64,000 nucleotides of DNA from Perkinsela sp. CCAP 1560/9. Lineage: Eukaryota; Protista; Euglenozoa: Kinetoplastea. Shown here one piece after another: positions 31,313 through 42,918 of the stretch. The DNA is taken from assembly GCA_965644495.1 (NCBI GenBank), contig CBFFSA010000005.1, positions 186,001 to 250,000 on the forward strand, read 5' to 3'. The notes beneath the pieces are model-generated. The model searched no databases. It saw nothing but the letters and a program-made list of their open reading frames with translations, and was not told the DNA's origin. A program made the translations under genes and the position numbers. The number at the start of each line of letters is the position of its first letter. The stretch's first letter is position 1.

Positions 31313-34300
31313 ATGTATAGGATTCGCGCCTGCCATGTACGGAATCTCCAATGTTCAAACCTATTATTTAGCCGAGGTAATCATCGCTACCTCTCGTCTC
31401 GAATACAGCCAGAACCGTGGACTCTTCATGACCTGTATCTAGTAGGCTACAAGCTTCGTGAGTTTTGTCATGATGATATCTTAAGCGGGGCACGCAAGCG
31501 CGTCTTAGCTTTGACGATGAAAAACATTTTAGAAGACGATAGCTCAGTGCAAACAGAAACGTTTTTCGAAGATCGTACTATTAAAGGCAGTGAAACAGAT
31601 GACTCTGGTGCGGATGTCCACGAGAGTTACACATCTGATTACGAAAAAGTAACATCTAGGACTTGTACTAGTCGACGTGTTGCTATGTATATACGATGTT
31701 GTGCTATGTTAAATATACAGCGTAGCCATAATGTGCACGTTGAAGCTTTGCGGTGGGTCGTAAGTCGATTGACAAAATCAGCAGAGTTCTTTAGCGCGCC
31801 AAAAAAAATGTTGCTAGCACTCGGTCATGAAAACGAGGACATTGTTACTCCGCAGCATATGATTTGGATTTCTACTGACAACGCACTTGACTGGGGCTTT
31901 ATGTCTGAATCCGCCAAATACTTTATACGGATCGCTCACCGTCTTTCACCAGCCAATATTCTAAAGGTACTCATTGCATTTCGTAAATCTGAAATGGAAA
32001 GTTTTGACCTATGTTCTCTTCTGGCAGATAAAGCCTGTATTCATGGAGATCGGATAAATGCCGCACTAGCGTCACAGCTTCTCTTCTGCTTTCTTGCAGG
32101 GTTGCATTATCGGCCACATCCTGTGTATTCCGTCTTAGTCGCAATACTAATTAGGGGAATCTCTAACTTGAGTAACAAAGCTTTACAAAACCTTATCGTG
32201 GTTCTTCCGAAACTAATGGTGCTGCCTAGATTACAGCGGATCGACTTGATTAACGCAATCAAAGATACCTCGCGTAAGTCTCACCAGGGAGTATTAAAAG
32301 GTATAAAACTTAGCCAAGCTTCAATTTTTCTGCGAGAGCCTAATATGGATGTGGAACAATCTATTCGGACAGACATTAAACAGGCGGCTTTAGGGAAACT
32401 GTCTCCACTCGCAGCTACGCCAGAATGCGTACGTAATGAGAACACCCAACGCAAAATTACGCTTGAAGCACTTCAACATACACACAAGCAAGTGTCGTGT
32501 CTTTGTGAAGGATTTCACCATTGGAAATTGAATGAGGCTAGGGCTCAACAATTAGCTTCCGATTTGCGAGCTCTGGGGCGACGATTGCCTTCTTTTAGGA
32601 AAGTACTTCTCGAGGTACCATATTCAAATAAAGAAGATGGAACGCACGCGCTTGCTTTTAAGCTGACGGCCGGTATGCTGAAAAATATTTTACTCATTGA
32701 AACGAAAAATCTCACGTGGAAGGGAGTTGCTCGAACTTCTAAGTCAGATAATCACAGAATTAAATGTGGTGTACCAAGACAGAGCAATTTTAGGGTCCAC
32801 GAAAAAGCAGAAAAGCATGCAGTAGAACTCGATCGTGCTCTATTATCCGTCGTATCTGAGTTAATACAATTTTTAAAAGTGTCCTCACAAAGGAATGCTA
32901 AACCTTTTTTGTCGGAGCTACCTCGCAAAGTGGTCCTTCGTTGTGCATCCTGTGTATCACACCCCTCAGCGATTCGAGCTAATAAAACCTCAGCTAATGA
33001 AGTTAGTAACGAATGCTTCCGTTTAATAGAAACTTGGGACCCGGAGGACTTGACACCAATCGAGTGCGCAGGAATACTTGAAATGTTCGGTTCTGACCCT
33101 AAGGTTCAATTACTTATCCAAAAGTTTCAGCCTTCGTGGGAGAAACTTGCAAATGTACTGAATTTATCGCAATTGTACTCAATACTTCGAAGGCGAACTT
33201 TTTTTGCTAAGGAGGAAGTGAATTTCCTTCAGGCATTAGAAAATCGTGTGAAAGTAATAGCTGCTACAGAAATAATTCCTAGGCTCAGAGACAGAGTCGT
33301 GATTTTAAATACTACTCCCACCAGCAGTGTCCAATTATCCCAGGACAAAGTGCAGCATGTGAGTGAAACGTCAGATTCAAGTTTAGAAGAAAAGATTAAT
33401 CATTTGCTTCTGATTCTACGGCGCCTTATTTACTTATCCAATCGAGCACCTGTTTTATTGAAGTTGATTGGGGATATTCTTTCATTGTCCATATCAGCCA
33501 AAGTACATATCAACGATCACCTATTATTGGAATTAATTTATTTGCTCGCCAGAGAGCATAGCTGCAAACCGGAGCTTCTTGAATCCGCGGTTATGAAGCT
33601 TATGGCTAGTCGTATATTGACAACACCAGGAAATCTATCAAAAATTCTATTTTCTCTTGCATCTGCCTCCACGACAAAAGCTTACTTTCCGCGACTGGTT
33701 GCGGAACTACTTCCAAGAGTTCGAATCGTCATTGAAAACGCCCAATTGGAGGATATTTTTCTGCTCTCTTTCGCTTTTCAAACCTTCTCTGTGCCTCATC
33801 AAGCCATTTTGAACGCTATGTGTAATCAAGCACAAGAGATTTTCGAGCAGCAACATGAAAAGGAGAATATCTTTTTGGGTATTTTTCACCATATGCACTG
33901 CATTGAAAACTATTCTCCTCAGGCTCCGTGGAGTTCCTTTGGGTATGACCTTCTTGAGCGTTGGATACCTAAGTCTGCTGACTTTGGCCTTTTGTTCCGG
34001 TTACCACGATCACTGACTAATATTTGTTGTGGGGCATTCCACTCGGATAAGAAAGTGTGGGAAGCAGTTTCTCGACTACTCGAGCAAGTCATCACACAAT
34101 TACGCGTCCATTCACCGCTCTATCTCGTGAACACTGAAGAGCGGGTTAGAAATCAAGTTGAGCTTAGAGTTTTCACACCGACCTGTCTCTCTGATAGCAC
34201 ACCTTCTAACAGCGAATATTCTGTGTCAGAAAGCAGTCCCATAATGAAGTATACTTTTAGCGATTGCAATCAACTCGATGAGGAAACGCTGTTCGTACTC

Positions 34301-34825
34301 ATTTGTTCGTTTTCGCAACTGTGCAGTCAGAGCACCCAGGGAAAGTTGAAGGTCGAATCACCTTCTGAAAAGAATGCAACAAAGATTCCGCATCAAAAGA
34401 AACGAAAAAGCAAAACTGACGTGAGTAAAGCGGTAGATGCAGCTAGCTCAAAGACTTCGGATGAATACCTTGTAGAAATCAAATCAAAACTTATTGGTGA
34501 AATTAGTGCTTTCGTTTTTAGCATTCTGGACAATTCGAAGTGTGTCCCATTTATTCTGAATATGAAGATTTCGAAATTGCTTCCGGTCTTCCGAGCCTTG
34601 CAATCGATCTTAGCCATACGAAGTGACGTATGTAAAGCCAATCCAAACATCCTTCCAGCTTACAATCTGACCTCACAGGAACAAATTGTAAAAACGATGT
34701 ATCACAAACTAGCTCTCGTATATAAGGATAAGTCTCAAGTAATGGACGGTAAACAATACGACAAACTCGAAGAATGCATTGCAGCTCAAAAAGAAATCGT
34801 CACTCTGTATCCAGAACTCGGGTAG
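31313..34825 (+). CDS. large helical-repeat protein, possibly a mitochondrial RNA-binding protein
   Basis: ~1170-aa Leu-rich ORF with repeats such as LSPANILKVLIAF and TPGNLSKILFSLA; Arg-rich N-terminus. Confidence 0.6.
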   Translation: MYRIRACHVRNLQCSNLLFSRGNHRYLSSRIQPEPWTLHDLYLVGYKLREFCHDDILSGARKRVLALTMKNILEDDSSVQTETFFEDRTIKGSETDDSGADVHESYTSDYEKVTSRTCTSRRVAMYIRCCAMLNIQRSHNVHVEALRWVVSRLTKSAEFFSAPKKMLLALGHENEDIVTPQHMIWISTDNALDWGFMSESAKYFIRIAHRLSPANILKVLIAFRKSEMESFDLCSLLADKACIHGDRINAALASQLLFCFLAGLHYRPHPVYSVLVAILIRGISNLSNKALQNLIVVLPKLMVLPRLQRIDLINAIKDTSRKSHQGVLKGIKLSQASIFLREPNMDVEQSIRTDIKQAALGKLSPLAATPECVRNENTQRKITLEALQHTHKQVSCLCEGFHHWKLNEARAQQLASDLRALGRRLPSFRKVLLEVPYSNKEDGTHALAFKLTAGMLKNILLIETKNLTWKGVARTSKSDNHRIKCGVPRQSNFRVHEKAEKHAVELDRALLSVVSELIQFLKVSSQRNAKPFLSELPRKVVLRCASCVSHPSAIRANKTSANEVSNECFRLIETWDPEDLTPIECAGILEMFGSDPKVQLLIQKFQPSWEKLANVLNLSQLYSILRRRTFFAKEEVNFLQALENRVKVIAATEIIPRLRDRVVILNTTPTSSVQLSQDKVQHVSETSDSSLEEKINHLLLILRRLIYLSNRAPVLLKLIGDILSLSISAKVHINDHLLLELIYLLAREHSCKPELLESAVMKLMASRILTTPGNLSKILFSLASASTTKAYFPRLVAELLPRVRIVIENAQLEDIFLLSFAFQTFSVPHQAILNAMCNQAQEIFEQQHEKENIFLGIFHHMHCIENYSPQAPWSSFGYDLLERWIPKSADFGLLFRLPRSLTNICCGAFHSDKKVWEAVSRLLEQVITQLRVHSPLYLVNTEERVRNQVELRVFTPTCLSDSTPSNSEYSVSESSPIMKYTFSDCNQLDEETLFVLICSFSQLCSQSTQGKLKVESPSEKNATKIPHQKKRKSKTDVSKAVDAASSKTSDEYLVEIKSKLIGEISAFVFSILDNSKCVPFILNMKISKLLPVFRALQSILAIRSDVCKANPNILPAYNLTSQEQIVKTMYHKLALVYKDKSQVMDGKQYDKLEECIAAQKEIVTLYPELG

Positions 34826-35360
34826 CTAATTGCGTTTCACGTGAAATAGATAGGAAAACATGGTCACTTTTTAGGAAATGTAAATGCCATTCCGTAAAGG
34901 GTACAAAACACGGGCGATACCAACGAAGAATAGAAACAACAAATTCTCTGTACCAATAAACGTGTCCTATTCGCACAATCTACCTCACAGTTACAGTGTA
35001 TGTCCTTTTCGTATCACGGTGACACTTCCAAGATTCTTTTTTTATCAAAAGAAAATCTTATGTTTTCCAATTGACGACTTACGGTATCGATGCCTTACGA
35101 CTTAAGTGGCCGGTAAAGGTGAAAAAAGGCAAAAACTGGAAAAACGAAAAGATCAATCAAAATCCAGTTTCCTACATTTATCATGGGAGTAATCACTATC
35201 CTTGGACAGATTTGCGAACAGCCGTTTTGTAGAATTAAGATAGACTGACATCAAATTTACTGATACTTACTTATTTTACGAAAACGGGGGAAGTCACTTT
35301 TTAATATTAATCACTGAATTTCTCTCCTACTTCTGTGCGCTATGCATCTCACGAGTTCCT

Positions 35361-38138
35361 ATGTCAGACGTTCGTGCTCCTTGTCCAATAACTCACGAAG
35401 GACAGTCCACCATTTTTCTATACTTGAACGAATTGCTCAAAACAACTTTACCACATGACAAAAAAGGAGAGCACTCCGTTGATCTGCGAGATTCACACAT
35501 TGCTGAGGAATTCGCAGACTCGGAAAGAATTCGTCAGCTAATTGTGGGGCTTTCTCATCAAATTACTGGGTCACAGTTGTCTGAAGCGCTCGGTTGGAAC
35601 TTTGTAAAGGATTCAACACCCTTTTCCAAGTACGATCATATTCAAAGTGATGATTTCACCAATTTTTCTTCACGTTTGCATGGTATCTTGAGTATTCCTG
35701 ACCGGTGCATCGAAGTAGTCAAGCCATCGGATCTTCCTGATATTTTGCAGCACGAAAATTTCTTCAACGTTTGTGCTTGCTTGCTCTGGAATACCTACGC
35801 TAGTGCGCAAAGTCATCAATTGAATACGCAAGCGCTAATATTTTGTGCGGTGTATGTCCAACGTGGTCTCGCTGGATATTTGGCTCAAGGTTTAATACAG
35901 AATTTGCACGATAACAAGAACACTTTTCGTGAGCACTTTATTGATTCTCTCGTTATTCTTTACGAAGAGCACTCAATTCGCCACCGATCTTCGCGGGATA
36001 TGTACAGGCTTGCCGTAGAAATTCTCATAAAAGTGACTTGTAGCATAGGCGATAGAGTCAATGCGAACAATGATGTTGCAATTCGAACCATGATCAGTCA
36101 ATTTCTCTGTCGAATCCTAACTAAAATTGAGTCCGCAGGTAATATTATCGTTCGCATTTTACTGGACAGAGCGTTATGCGCACCCGAAATTCTCGGATTT
36201 CTTTTTTATCATGTAGCGATGAAGGATTTGAATGTGCTTCGACGACTTTTTTCCGTTGTGGTCGAGATCTGGGCAGACGAACCATCTACAAAGCAATTTT
36301 CAGTCTCGTCTCAAAAGATCATAGGAATATCTATGCTATACTTGTTGCGTAGCGCGCTTGCTTATGCCCAGAAAAGATCTGGGCTTGAGGAAGACCTTGA
36401 AAGTCGCACGCGTGCCATCACAGATACTGACGATCCTACGCTTATGGAGCCTCTTCAGATAGTTCTGTCGAACGTGACGGTGGGCGGATTTTTGTCTGGA
36501 GTGCATCACCGTCTTATTTCGCCGGATCAAAGTGTGCGAGAGTGGGGCGGCCTTGTTGCAATGAGATGGAGCGAACTTGCCCACAAACGATCTCTTATGG
36601 AATCTAAGATAACGGAAACGGACGGTACAAATGTGGTTCAGTCACTTATCTTGGAAGAATATTACGAACTGTACAAAACGAGGGAGAGTGATGAAACCAA
36701 TGAAATAGCACTGTTTCAAGGATTATCCATCCCCGTAACAGGTAAAAACCAGAAGATGACGGAAATGTGCGATCTTACTTGTGCGTCACAACCTATCAGA
36801 ATGAAAGATACTTACAATGCAAATGGAGAAGGGATCGAGGAATTAAAGACTTTTTCAAGTGAGCATATCTTTGGAACAGGCTTAAAGAAATCTGAAAACC
36901 TCTCAACTGAGGCACATAACGCATCGTTTAGGAACACTTTGTGCCTGACAGATTTCAAATCTACCCCAGGTCTTTCAAGTTACTGCACGCCGATCAGCTT
37001 TGAGCCCGGAACATCCTTTAAGAAGAAATCTTTGCGGCAGATACTTCTTCTGATGCAAAATTTTGAAACGGACGCAAAACAAAAACGATGTTCGAATACT
37101 CTTGCTGAAGAGGACGAAATAACTATTGAAGATTATGAATTCTTTCTTCAACACTTAATTCCCGAAAAACTCTTGGCCTCTCCGAATCGAAAATTTGGTG
37201 AAAACACAATGAACAATGAATTTGACGGAATTAATATAAGAATGACATGCAAGGATTCGTCGCAAGATATGAGTAGCAGCCTTGCTATGGAAGTTGTTGA
37301 AATAGTGAAGCACTTTCTACTTCCGAGAAATGATTACGGACTTTCTTCATACGACTCATCACGAAAACGCATCCTTCTTTTAGCTACTTCACGATTACCT
37401 GAATACGTAGTTCCATATTTGACGCATCAGTATTTTTCTGGAAATCTTGACCTATCTACTCGATTCGATATACTGACGACACTTCAAGAAACGGGGAGTC
37501 AGCTTGCTAATCATTCGGTAGATGTTCCAGCGGGTAAGCCTCAGAGCCCACTCTGCGACGATAAACAGTCGAAGACGCTGCTTAAGCGTTACCCACCGTT
37601 GTCAAAATTTAGCTTCCGGCAGAGTTTAAAAGATCGTACCACGAGTGGAAATAAACATAAACCGATAATTGTACGTAACGTTTATGATTCTGTAGCTCAC
37701 ATATTCATACAGCAGCTCCTTTTGGGATTTCAATCGTCTGGCACGAGATTCGCCGCAGAAGACACGTCCCTATCGTCCAAATTTGTATCGACCCTCAATA
37801 TACTTCTCCTTTTGCTTTCTACATCTTCTCACCGGTTTCTGTCTGCATGGTACAGTGTTTGTGACTTCATTCATGCGATTCTTGAAGAGGATCTCCATCC
37901 ATTTCTGCGAACGCACGTTTTGCGAGCATCGTGTCTCAATTGGGAGCGCATCGAGTCTGTTTCTCTGAATGCTGCTATTGAGAATAGACGACAACGACTG
38001 TTGCGCATTACGGAAGATATGCTCTATAGGAGCGTACAAACAGAAAACGTAAGAAAGGCTGCCAAAGACCTTCAAAAACGTTTGCAAAACTTTTCTTTTG
38101 CAAAAGCAATCACTACGCCATTGATCACTGAAGTTTAG
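35361..38138 (+). CDS. TEL2: TEL2/TELO2 (TTT complex)
   Basis: GVHHRLISPDQSVREWGGLVA and YFSGNLDLSTRFDILTTL match TEL2 conserved blocks. Confidence 0.75.
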   Translation: MSDVRAPCPITHEGQSTIFLYLNELLKTTLPHDKKGEHSVDLRDSHIAEEFADSERIRQLIVGLSHQITGSQLSEALGWNFVKDSTPFSKYDHIQSDDFTNFSSRLHGILSIPDRCIEVVKPSDLPDILQHENFFNVCACLLWNTYASAQSHQLNTQALIFCAVYVQRGLAGYLAQGLIQNLHDNKNTFREHFIDSLVILYEEHSIRHRSSRDMYRLAVEILIKVTCSIGDRVNANNDVAIRTMISQFLCRILTKIESAGNIIVRILLDRALCAPEILGFLFYHVAMKDLNVLRRLFSVVVEIWADEPSTKQFSVSSQKIIGISMLYLLRSALAYAQKRSGLEEDLESRTRAITDTDDPTLMEPLQIVLSNVTVGGFLSGVHHRLISPDQSVREWGGLVAMRWSELAHKRSLMESKITETDGTNVVQSLILEEYYELYKTRESDETNEIALFQGLSIPVTGKNQKMTEMCDLTCASQPIRMKDTYNANGEGIEELKTFSSEHIFGTGLKKSENLSTEAHNASFRNTLCLTDFKSTPGLSSYCTPISFEPGTSFKKKSLRQILLLMQNFETDAKQKRCSNTLAEEDEITIEDYEFFLQHLIPEKLLASPNRKFGENTMNNEFDGINIRMTCKDSSQDMSSSLAMEVVEIVKHFLLPRNDYGLSSYDSSRKRILLLATSRLPEYVVPYLTHQYFSGNLDLSTRFDILTTLQETGSQLANHSVDVPAGKPQSPLCDDKQSKTLLKRYPPLSKFSFRQSLKDRTTSGNKHKPIIVRNVYDSVAHIFIQQLLLGFQSSGTRFAAEDTSLSSKFVSTLNILLLLLSTSSHRFLSAWYSVCDFIHAILEEDLHPFLRTHVLRASCLNWERIESVSLNAAIENRRQRLLRITEDMLYRSVQTENVRKAAKDLQKRLQNFSFAKAITTPLITEV

Positions 38139-38340
38139 TCGCTCAAACTGATAAAATAAGTTAAAAAAAAACTTTAACGATTTTAACTTTAGCTTTTTAT
38201 TATTTGAAGCAATCCTCACAAAATCTAAAATCCTATTAGATTATCCTATTAAAAAAGCTGACAAACACTATCCATTTTTTCCTCTTTCCTTGAATTCCGT
38301 TTTCTATCTTCCGTATCCTTTACCCCCACCGTGCCCGTAT

Positions 38341-39222
38341 ATGAATCCCGCCCAATCCCTCGGTAGCCGTATCTCGGTCATCAGCAAGAGCCAGGTGCGG
38401 TACGAGGGCTTCCTGCACAGCATCAACGAGTCCGACAACACCATGGTCCTTCGCAACGTGCGCATGATGGGGACTGAGTCCCGGGACAGCGACCACGGCA
38501 AGATCCCCCCGGACCAGAAACTCTACGACCACATTGTGTTCAAAGGGGAGAACATCCAGACGGTGTATGTGTTCGAGGACGAGCCCTCGAGCAGCGGCGG
38601 CCCCGGCACGGCCTTCCAGGACCCTGCGATTGTACGAAGTCAGTTGGTGAGCGATACCCCGGGCGCGGGGAAGGAGGAAGGGGAGGGGAAGGAGAGAGGG
38701 GGGGCATGGGGAGAGGGGGGTAGACGAGGGGGGTTTCCCCGTGGGGAGGGGCCGCGAGGGTATTCTCGAGGGTATGCCGCAGCGGCGTATCGAGGGCGTG
38801 GTGGACGAGGGGGGGGGCGAGGGGGTGGGGGACGAGGGGGAGGGGGTGTTCGAGGTCGGGGCTATCGCCGACCGTCGCATTTTTCTGCACATACCGGACG
38901 AGAATTTACGGTGGCGCCGGATCCAAGTGCGGCCCGGGAGGAATATAAGGAGGATTTCGATTTTGTGATGGATAATTTTGAGAAGGGTGATTTTTTGCGG
39001 TCCGGTGCGCAGAAAGGGTATGAGAAGGCGTCGTCATTTTTTGACACCATCTCGTCCGATGCAACGGCGAAGAAGGGAGGGAGAAAGTCGACTGCGGAGA
39101 TTCATGAAGAAAGGCAGCATGCGCGGAGTACGGATCAAGCAACGTTCGGTACCGATTTTATTAGAGGGTACCGGAACCAGTACCGTGGAGGGAGATACAA
39201 CACACAACGCGTGCGAGTTTAA
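38341..39222 (+). CDS. SCD6: SCD6/LSM14 translational repressor
   Basis: LGSRISVISKSQVRYEGFL LSm domain, RGG box, DFDF, FFD and TFG motifs. Confidence 0.93.
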   Translation: MNPAQSLGSRISVISKSQVRYEGFLHSINESDNTMVLRNVRMMGTESRDSDHGKIPPDQKLYDHIVFKGENIQTVYVFEDEPSSSGGPGTAFQDPAIVRSQLVSDTPGAGKEEGEGKERGGAWGEGGRRGGFPRGEGPRGYSRGYAAAAYRGRGGRGGGRGGGGRGGGGVRGRGYRRPSHFSAHTGREFTVAPDPSAAREEYKEDFDFVMDNFEKGDFLRSGAQKGYEKASSFFDTISSDATAKKGGRKSTAEIHEERQHARSTDQATFGTDFIRGYRNQYRGGRYNTQRVRV

Positions 39223-39687
39223 CACGAAATTGAATAAATCGAATAATTAATGTTTTTAAAGTTTATGTTTTTCATTTTCCTTAGCTTTAAAGGTAGACAT
39301 GCTTGCCATACATTGCGGCACACTTTCAGTCGCGAGATTTAGGCTTGATATTAGGAGGACATAGCAAAGCTGTCTGCTTACTAACTCATTAGTGAAAATT
39401 GTGTATATTGAAAAACCTTTTTACAATTTAAACAGAAATGTTTACTACCGATGCTGTACGATATATGGGAATATAAATTTTTTATGACCGAGCAAAATGG
39501 TTTGATTTTCTCGAATTCTATTTGATTTATAGAAATTTAATTGATGGTCCTATGCATATTCCACATTGCTTCTATTCGTATTCAAAGTAATTATGCGACA
39601 TATTTTTTTGGATTAAGTAATTGGTTTATTATTTACTCAGTCACTCCGAAACATTACATCTTAGAGATAATTTTTCTTGTTTTTCGT

Positions 39688-40377
39688 ATGGAATCACTTG
39701 GAAAACGAAGGTGCCTTTCCCCAGAAAGATTTGAACCGATCCATTACAAGGCTTTTGCGTCCTATCTTCCACGTGCGTACCGTCTGATTCCTCGACCAGT
39801 AAAGGCCCAAAAACAGAAAGAAGGAAGACGAGAAACTGCTGCCAGCAATGCGACTTCTCCAAAACGAGGTCACAGCAATAAACATTTGCGGAAGACATCC
39901 CTAAAACCGCTTCAGAACAACAAAAGCTCCAGTAGTTCTTACCGTTCATCGACACAGGGGTCACTCAACAGTCCCCATATGACTAATCTGGTAAAAGTGA
40001 GACGTTCGGGTCCTCTCCCTGAGCCATCTGAGAAACTCTCTCTCATGAATACGATGTCCAGGTCTACGAAGTTCTTGCCGCATATGATACCCAACAACCA
40101 GTCATCGGGGAATCCCATACCGCGTAAAAGAGAACAGAGGTCAAAGTGTCATTGGCAATTTTTAAATGCAGTACATGGCTGGAACAAGTATCTTGATGAA
40201 ACAAGTCTTGCATTTGACAAGGCGTACCGCAAATGGCAAAGAGATCCGCGTCAACGGTCTGTACAAGTCGAAACACTCGGTAGAGTAAAGTACACTGTTG
40301 ATTTCCACAACATGACTCAAACATCAGCACTTACGATGGGAGAAACTCAATGCAGAGTTCAAAGAGTGCGACTATGA
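39688..40377 (+). CDS. WWE-domain protein
   Basis: C-terminal WQF..GWNKY..AY..YTVDFHNMTQ..CRVQR; basic disordered N-terminus. Confidence 0.75.
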   Translation: MESLGKRRCLSPERFEPIHYKAFASYLPRAYRLIPRPVKAQKQKEGRRETAASNATSPKRGHSNKHLRKTSLKPLQNNKSSSSSYRSSTQGSLNSPHMTNLVKVRRSGPLPEPSEKLSLMNTMSRSTKFLPHMIPNNQSSGNPIPRKREQRSKCHWQFLNAVHGWNKYLDETSLAFDKAYRKWQRDPRQRSVQVETLGRVKYTVDFHNMTQTSALTMGETQCRVQRVRL

Positions 40378-41007
40378 AAGCACGGTTTTAGGAATCTAAA
40401 ACTTGTTAAAATTCTAAAAACTTGTTACATTTATTAAAAATAACATGTAATGCTGTTTCAAAATTATATGGTGTGTCGTTCATAGTAATCTTCAATTATA
40501 GTTCAATTCGTAAATTAATTACGTTGTACAATGCATGTTGCAGTGTTAGTATATGCGCTATCATGTTAAGTGACGAGACATTATTTAATTTAGACAAGCC
40601 TCTAAAGAAATTTAAAGTAACACCCAATTGTATTAGGCGTGTACATAGATATGTGGTTGCCTGATATTTCCTATATCGTCATACATTCGTTTGTTGGGAT
40701 ACCGGTTTGGATTGATGCTTATGTTGTCACTGTTCTATCGTAGCCACTTTAAAAAATGTTTTACTTTTCGCGTAGTTAACTTCTTCCTAAATTGTAAGGA
40801 CAGAATGCCGGTTAATTTCCTTAAGAGCTTTACTTAAGCGCTCATGTTGCCCGAATATCGACACATACATTTTTACCCCACTGTGCAAGTAGACGAAATT
40901 TTCCACACATCTACCAAGCGCAAGAACTTTGACGCAATGATATTGTCCCTCCCTAATAAATCTAACGAAAACTCTTAAATATTTATCTAGATTTTTATCT
41001 ATCGACG

Positions 41008-42588
41008 ATGAATTTTACCCTGTTTTTCGCTTTCGACTGTCATGGAGAAAAGGTCAATTACGAGATAAAATTTCCAGCACGCCCTTTCATTACAGATATA
41101 GCAAAATTTATACATCGCACATGGGCTAGCAAAGATCTTGATTCCGCCATGACTGACATTACCAACTCTTGCATCAATTCCGACTCTTCACTTCAGTTAA
41201 AGAAACTTAAAATATACGATGAACCATCTCAACTATGGGTTGATCTTGTCTCCAATGAGCAAGTTGTCGAGTGGTCGCAACTATACGGTGTCCCCAAAAA
41301 GGCCACAACGCTCGATAAGGAAAAGAAAGCGATTCCACCCGCTACAAAGACATTATTCGTGAAAAATACTCCCGAGACACGGTTTCCATGTTCGGAACAT
41401 GACTATAAAACAGTTAGTGGCCTTTCTTCGGTGCATCCAGAGGAAGCGCTAATGAGTCTTTGTCAAAAAATAGAACCAACAATAGACTTGGAGAATCAAG
41501 TCTTTGAAGAGTTCGAAGATCTTCGGCCAGTATTAGATACCTCACGCAACGAGGGATTATACGCAAAGCAATGGAGCAGGCGATTGCTGTCCGAATACCC
41601 GGTGTTTTCTCAATATGTGTGTTCCTTGCTCCAAGAACACAAAATGCAAAGGGACTGCACCCGCAAGCTCGCTCACATGAAAAATGAGCTCAAGGCAAGT
41701 CAAAACAGAAAGTTGATAGCCCAAGAACAGCTCGAAATAGCGCAAACCGAGATACGAGGGGGGTCAGAAGTCTTGTCTCAATTACGTGAAGAGGGAGAAG
41801 TGATAAAAAAGAAGAACCAGACTGTACATGTAGAGCAGAATCGGAAAGAAATTTCACTGCAGCGCTTTCGCGATGCATTGCGCAAAGCACAGGAAGAATT
41901 GAAAGAGAATGTGAAACAGAATCAGATTCTTGGAATCGGGTGCACTAAACTAATACAGAAATCTGAAACTGCAAGGAATCGGGCTAGAATCTTAAAGGTG
42001 GGGGTGGAAGAAGCAAAAAACGAAGTGGAACGTATTCACGCGGCTCTTCTGAAGGCTCAGGATCGTCTAAGTGCAGCAGAAAATGGGCTTCGTAACGCAG
42101 ACTGCGAACTACAGCATTTATGCGCGTCTGAAGAAAAGTCTATGCAAGATCTTCAAAGCTCAATGGCCGAAAGCAATAAAAAACAAATTCTTGTTTGCGA
42201 ACTAGAGCACTCTGTTCATCATGGGGTTCAAGATATGAAGTCTCTCTCTGATCAGGGTTGTCTACTTGAAGATCAGATACAACATCTAGATGTGAGCAAG
42301 ACAGCGAAAAATAATGAGATAAAATCTGTCAAAAACCGCGAGCAAAAAATTCATACTAGATTTACGGAATGCATCAAGGAATGTGATTGTTTGCAAAAGG
42401 AGGTGCAAGATTACGAGGCACGTTTTGTGCAACAAAAAGAAAGCGCCTCACTTTATCTCCAAAAGCGAAGAGACTTGGCAAAGAAAGAGTGCAAGATACG
42501 TAGGCAAAGAAAAGAGCTCGATTGCATTCAATCTGATCTGCGACGCGATGCGTGCACAACACTGGAACAATTAACGAATGGAAAGTGA
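41008..42588 (+). CDS. BILBO1: BILBO1-like protein (N-terminal domain plus long coiled coil)
   Basis: DCHGEKVNYEIKFPARP..LKIYDEPSQLWVDL..SQLY..IPPA aligns by eye with the trypanosome BILBO1 N-terminal domain; heptad-rich C-terminal half. Confidence 0.75.
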   Translation: MNFTLFFAFDCHGEKVNYEIKFPARPFITDIAKFIHRTWASKDLDSAMTDITNSCINSDSSLQLKKLKIYDEPSQLWVDLVSNEQVVEWSQLYGVPKKATTLDKEKKAIPPATKTLFVKNTPETRFPCSEHDYKTVSGLSSVHPEEALMSLCQKIEPTIDLENQVFEEFEDLRPVLDTSRNEGLYAKQWSRRLLSEYPVFSQYVCSLLQEHKMQRDCTRKLAHMKNELKASQNRKLIAQEQLEIAQTEIRGGSEVLSQLREEGEVIKKKNQTVHVEQNRKEISLQRFRDALRKAQEELKENVKQNQILGIGCTKLIQKSETARNRARILKVGVEEAKNEVERIHAALLKAQDRLSAAENGLRNADCELQHLCASEEKSMQDLQSSMAESNKKQILVCELEHSVHHGVQDMKSLSDQGCLLEDQIQHLDVSKTAKNNEIKSVKNREQKIHTRFTECIKECDCLQKEVQDYEARFVQQKESASLYLQKRRDLAKKECKIRRQRKELDCIQSDLRRDACTTLEQLTNGK

Positions 42589-42918
42589 CAGTGCATAAGG
42601 TAGCACTGGTGCATTATTTTTTCTAGAGGTAGACTAGATTTGTACTGTTAGAATTTTAGGCTTGCGCTTCGCCGAACTCTTCTTGTACATTGTATATTGA
42701 AACTTCGTGCAGGAGCTTTACATGGTAAACAATACTGCGTTTGTTTGTAAACAACAAACTGTTTTGAGAAAGAGAACTAGATCAAGAAGGTCGGATGGCA
42801 CTCTTCATTTCTAATAGTTTTCACTTTACCTATTTATACAACGCCTATTTGCTTGTATACTAATTACGAGCTGTCATTTTTAAAATATAAATTTGAAGTC
42901 TTCAAGCTAGTACTCATC

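Noticed and set aside
38304-39250. Overlapping alternative ORFs across SCD6
   Set aside because: Same compositional artefact; only the SCD6 frame has conserved motifs
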